64,000 nt of DNA from Eledone cirrhosa (Eukaryota): contig OZ024743.1 in the NCBI GenBank assembly GCA_964016885.1, positions 368,838,001 through 368,902,000 of the forward strand. The letters are read 5' to 3'. Of the stretch, positions 62,240 through 64,000 are shown piece by piece. Position numbers and translations under genes: made by a program. Positions within the stretch are counted from its first letter, which is position 1, and each line of letters starts with the position of its first letter. The notes beneath the pieces were generated by a model, which was not told the origin of the DNA, searched no databases, and worked only from the letters and a program-made list of their open reading frames with translations.

Positions 62240-63990
62240 CTTTAAAAGATTGTAAGAATGGGGGCAACAGAAAGCAATACCTAGTAACTAGAAATGAAGC
62301 TAGGAATTAAGAATCAAGTGCCTCAAATAGACCAAACAGAAAGACCTGCTACCCAAGTTTACAGAATAGGAAAAACAGCTGGACTGTCAGGTATAGTTGC
62401 TGAGATGATTAACATACTTGACATTGTAGTTCACATACTAGTCACGTGTATAATCAATCAGGTAGTGTAGGATGGTGTTATACTAAATGGCTAGCATTGC
62501 AGTATCATCATCAACTGCTACAAGGGAAAATGAGATGTACTAGAGAGAGAGGTAACTATAGAGGTATCATGTTGATGGACCAGCTTATGAGTTATAGAGC
62601 AGAATAACCCTAGATGACATACAGTTTGGCTTTGTGCCAAGAAGTATTACCAACGCCCTCTTCCTAATGAGATAACTGCAAGAGAAGTAATTAGTTAAGA
62701 ATAAGCCTCTATATCATTGAGCTGGAGAAGACTTTGGGCCAGGTTCAATGCTCTGAAATTTGGTGTAGCTTTTGAGAGACCATGCAAGCCTTCCATAGAG
62801 GTGAAGTCAGCAAGATGAAAATTAGCAATGAGTTCAGTATTGAATTTAATAAGCTGGTAGAGTTCATCAAGACTTCATTCTCAGCTCCTTTCTATTTATC
62901 AGTCTTCCAGACCTTAACAGTGAAGTTTAAGATTGGCTGTCTGCAAGAACTCCTATATGCTAATGGCCTAGTTCTTAGAGCTGGATTTTAAATTGAGTTA
63001 GAAAGGCTTCTAAGTAAACTTAGCAAAGACTAAATTTCTAGTAGACAGGTAAGAAGACATGTTCTGGATAGGGAAATAGCAATGCACAATATGCAGAAAA
63101 AAAAATGAAGAGAAACTCCATACTGTATAGCCAGTGTAAATTATGGATACACAAGAGATACAGTAGAATCACAGGTAGACTAACAAAGAAAATATACTTC
63201 ATATAATGCAAATGGACAGCTCCCTAGAAGTTATTGACAGCTTTTGTTACAAAGATGACTTAATTAATAGTAGGTGTTCCAAAAGTATTGTAGCTAGAGT
63301 AATAACTAGTTGAAAAAGTTCAGGGACCTGCTGTTCACAAAGGATTTCTCTCTCAGAAAAAAGGGTAAGCTATAAGATGCTTCTGTATGAAGTGTAATAT
63401 TGCATGTAATATTGCATGCTAGTGGAATTGACTTTGAATACAGAGGATTTTAAAAAAACATGAAGTGAGCAAGCTTCCCTGGATGCGTAATGTTGAACGG
63501 TGAAGCACAGATGATTGTAAAAAAAACTAAGTATCAGAGGAATTAAATTTAGTGTACAAGTAATGGAGGTGTGTGGAATAGTGATAAGCATGTTGGAGTA
63601 CAATCATAATGTTGTGTTTTTGAGCAAACACTTCAATTCATTTTGCTACAGTATACCCAGCTGCAAATAAGTACCAGCAATAGCAGGGGTTTAACCCTGC
63701 AATGGACTCCCAATGGGCTCGCAGTTGCTTTATGCCATGGAAACCAGGATAAGCACAGGTCTGATGAGCCTCAGGGCTCGAGACAGAATTTAGTATAGGC
63801 AAGTGATGAGTATGGATCATGCCGAGGTATTCAAAGTGGATGGATGGAACCTATGGAAGAGGTGGACCAAGGAAGACATAAGTTTTAAAGATTGATCTGA
63901 GTATCCTGAATCTCACAAAGGACTGTTATGATTGATGATATGCAGTATGTTCATAAGACCTGTGCACCAATGCAAGTATGGCAGGATGTT
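62240..63990 (+). mobile_element. Heavily decayed RTE LINE interrupted by another repeat (about 63570-63790)
   Basis: Remnants of GIVAEMI, NYRGI, QFGFVP, ELLYANGL, WIHKR and GRGGPRKT. Confidence 0.75.
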
Positions 63991-64000
63991 ACTTCAAATA

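Noticed and set aside
63765-63795. CTGATGA-GCC tcag GGC
   Set aside because: No GAAA directly after the hairpin and no helix I or III; it looks like a repeat tail.

Overview
AT-rich, repeat-saturated animal genomic DNA. Its SINE/LINE content and (TA)n/(CA)n/(GAT)n load suggest a coleoid cephalopod such as Octopus; this is inference, not verified. No host gene can be supported beyond one candidate 54-nt exon. The window holds about 10 RTE-clade LINE copies whose ORF2 carries a PHD-type zinc finger, Rex3/Expander-like RTEs with (GAA)n tails, a CR1-type LINE end, three Penelope-like elements (PLE; RT plus GIY-YIG), a deleted DD37D (maT-type) Tc1/mariner transposon, non-autonomous Helitrons and many tRNA-derived SINEs. 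The most notable signal is outside the ORF track: about 10 hammerhead ribozyme (HHR) motifs of mostly unrelated sequence. One is fully canonical (45201-45282), one is an extended motif at a PLE 3' end (42466-42541), and several are minimal forms with a palindromic stem III. Most lie in short non-coding cassettes embedded in (TA)n microsatellites. All folding and alignment was done by eye; no searches or computations were run.
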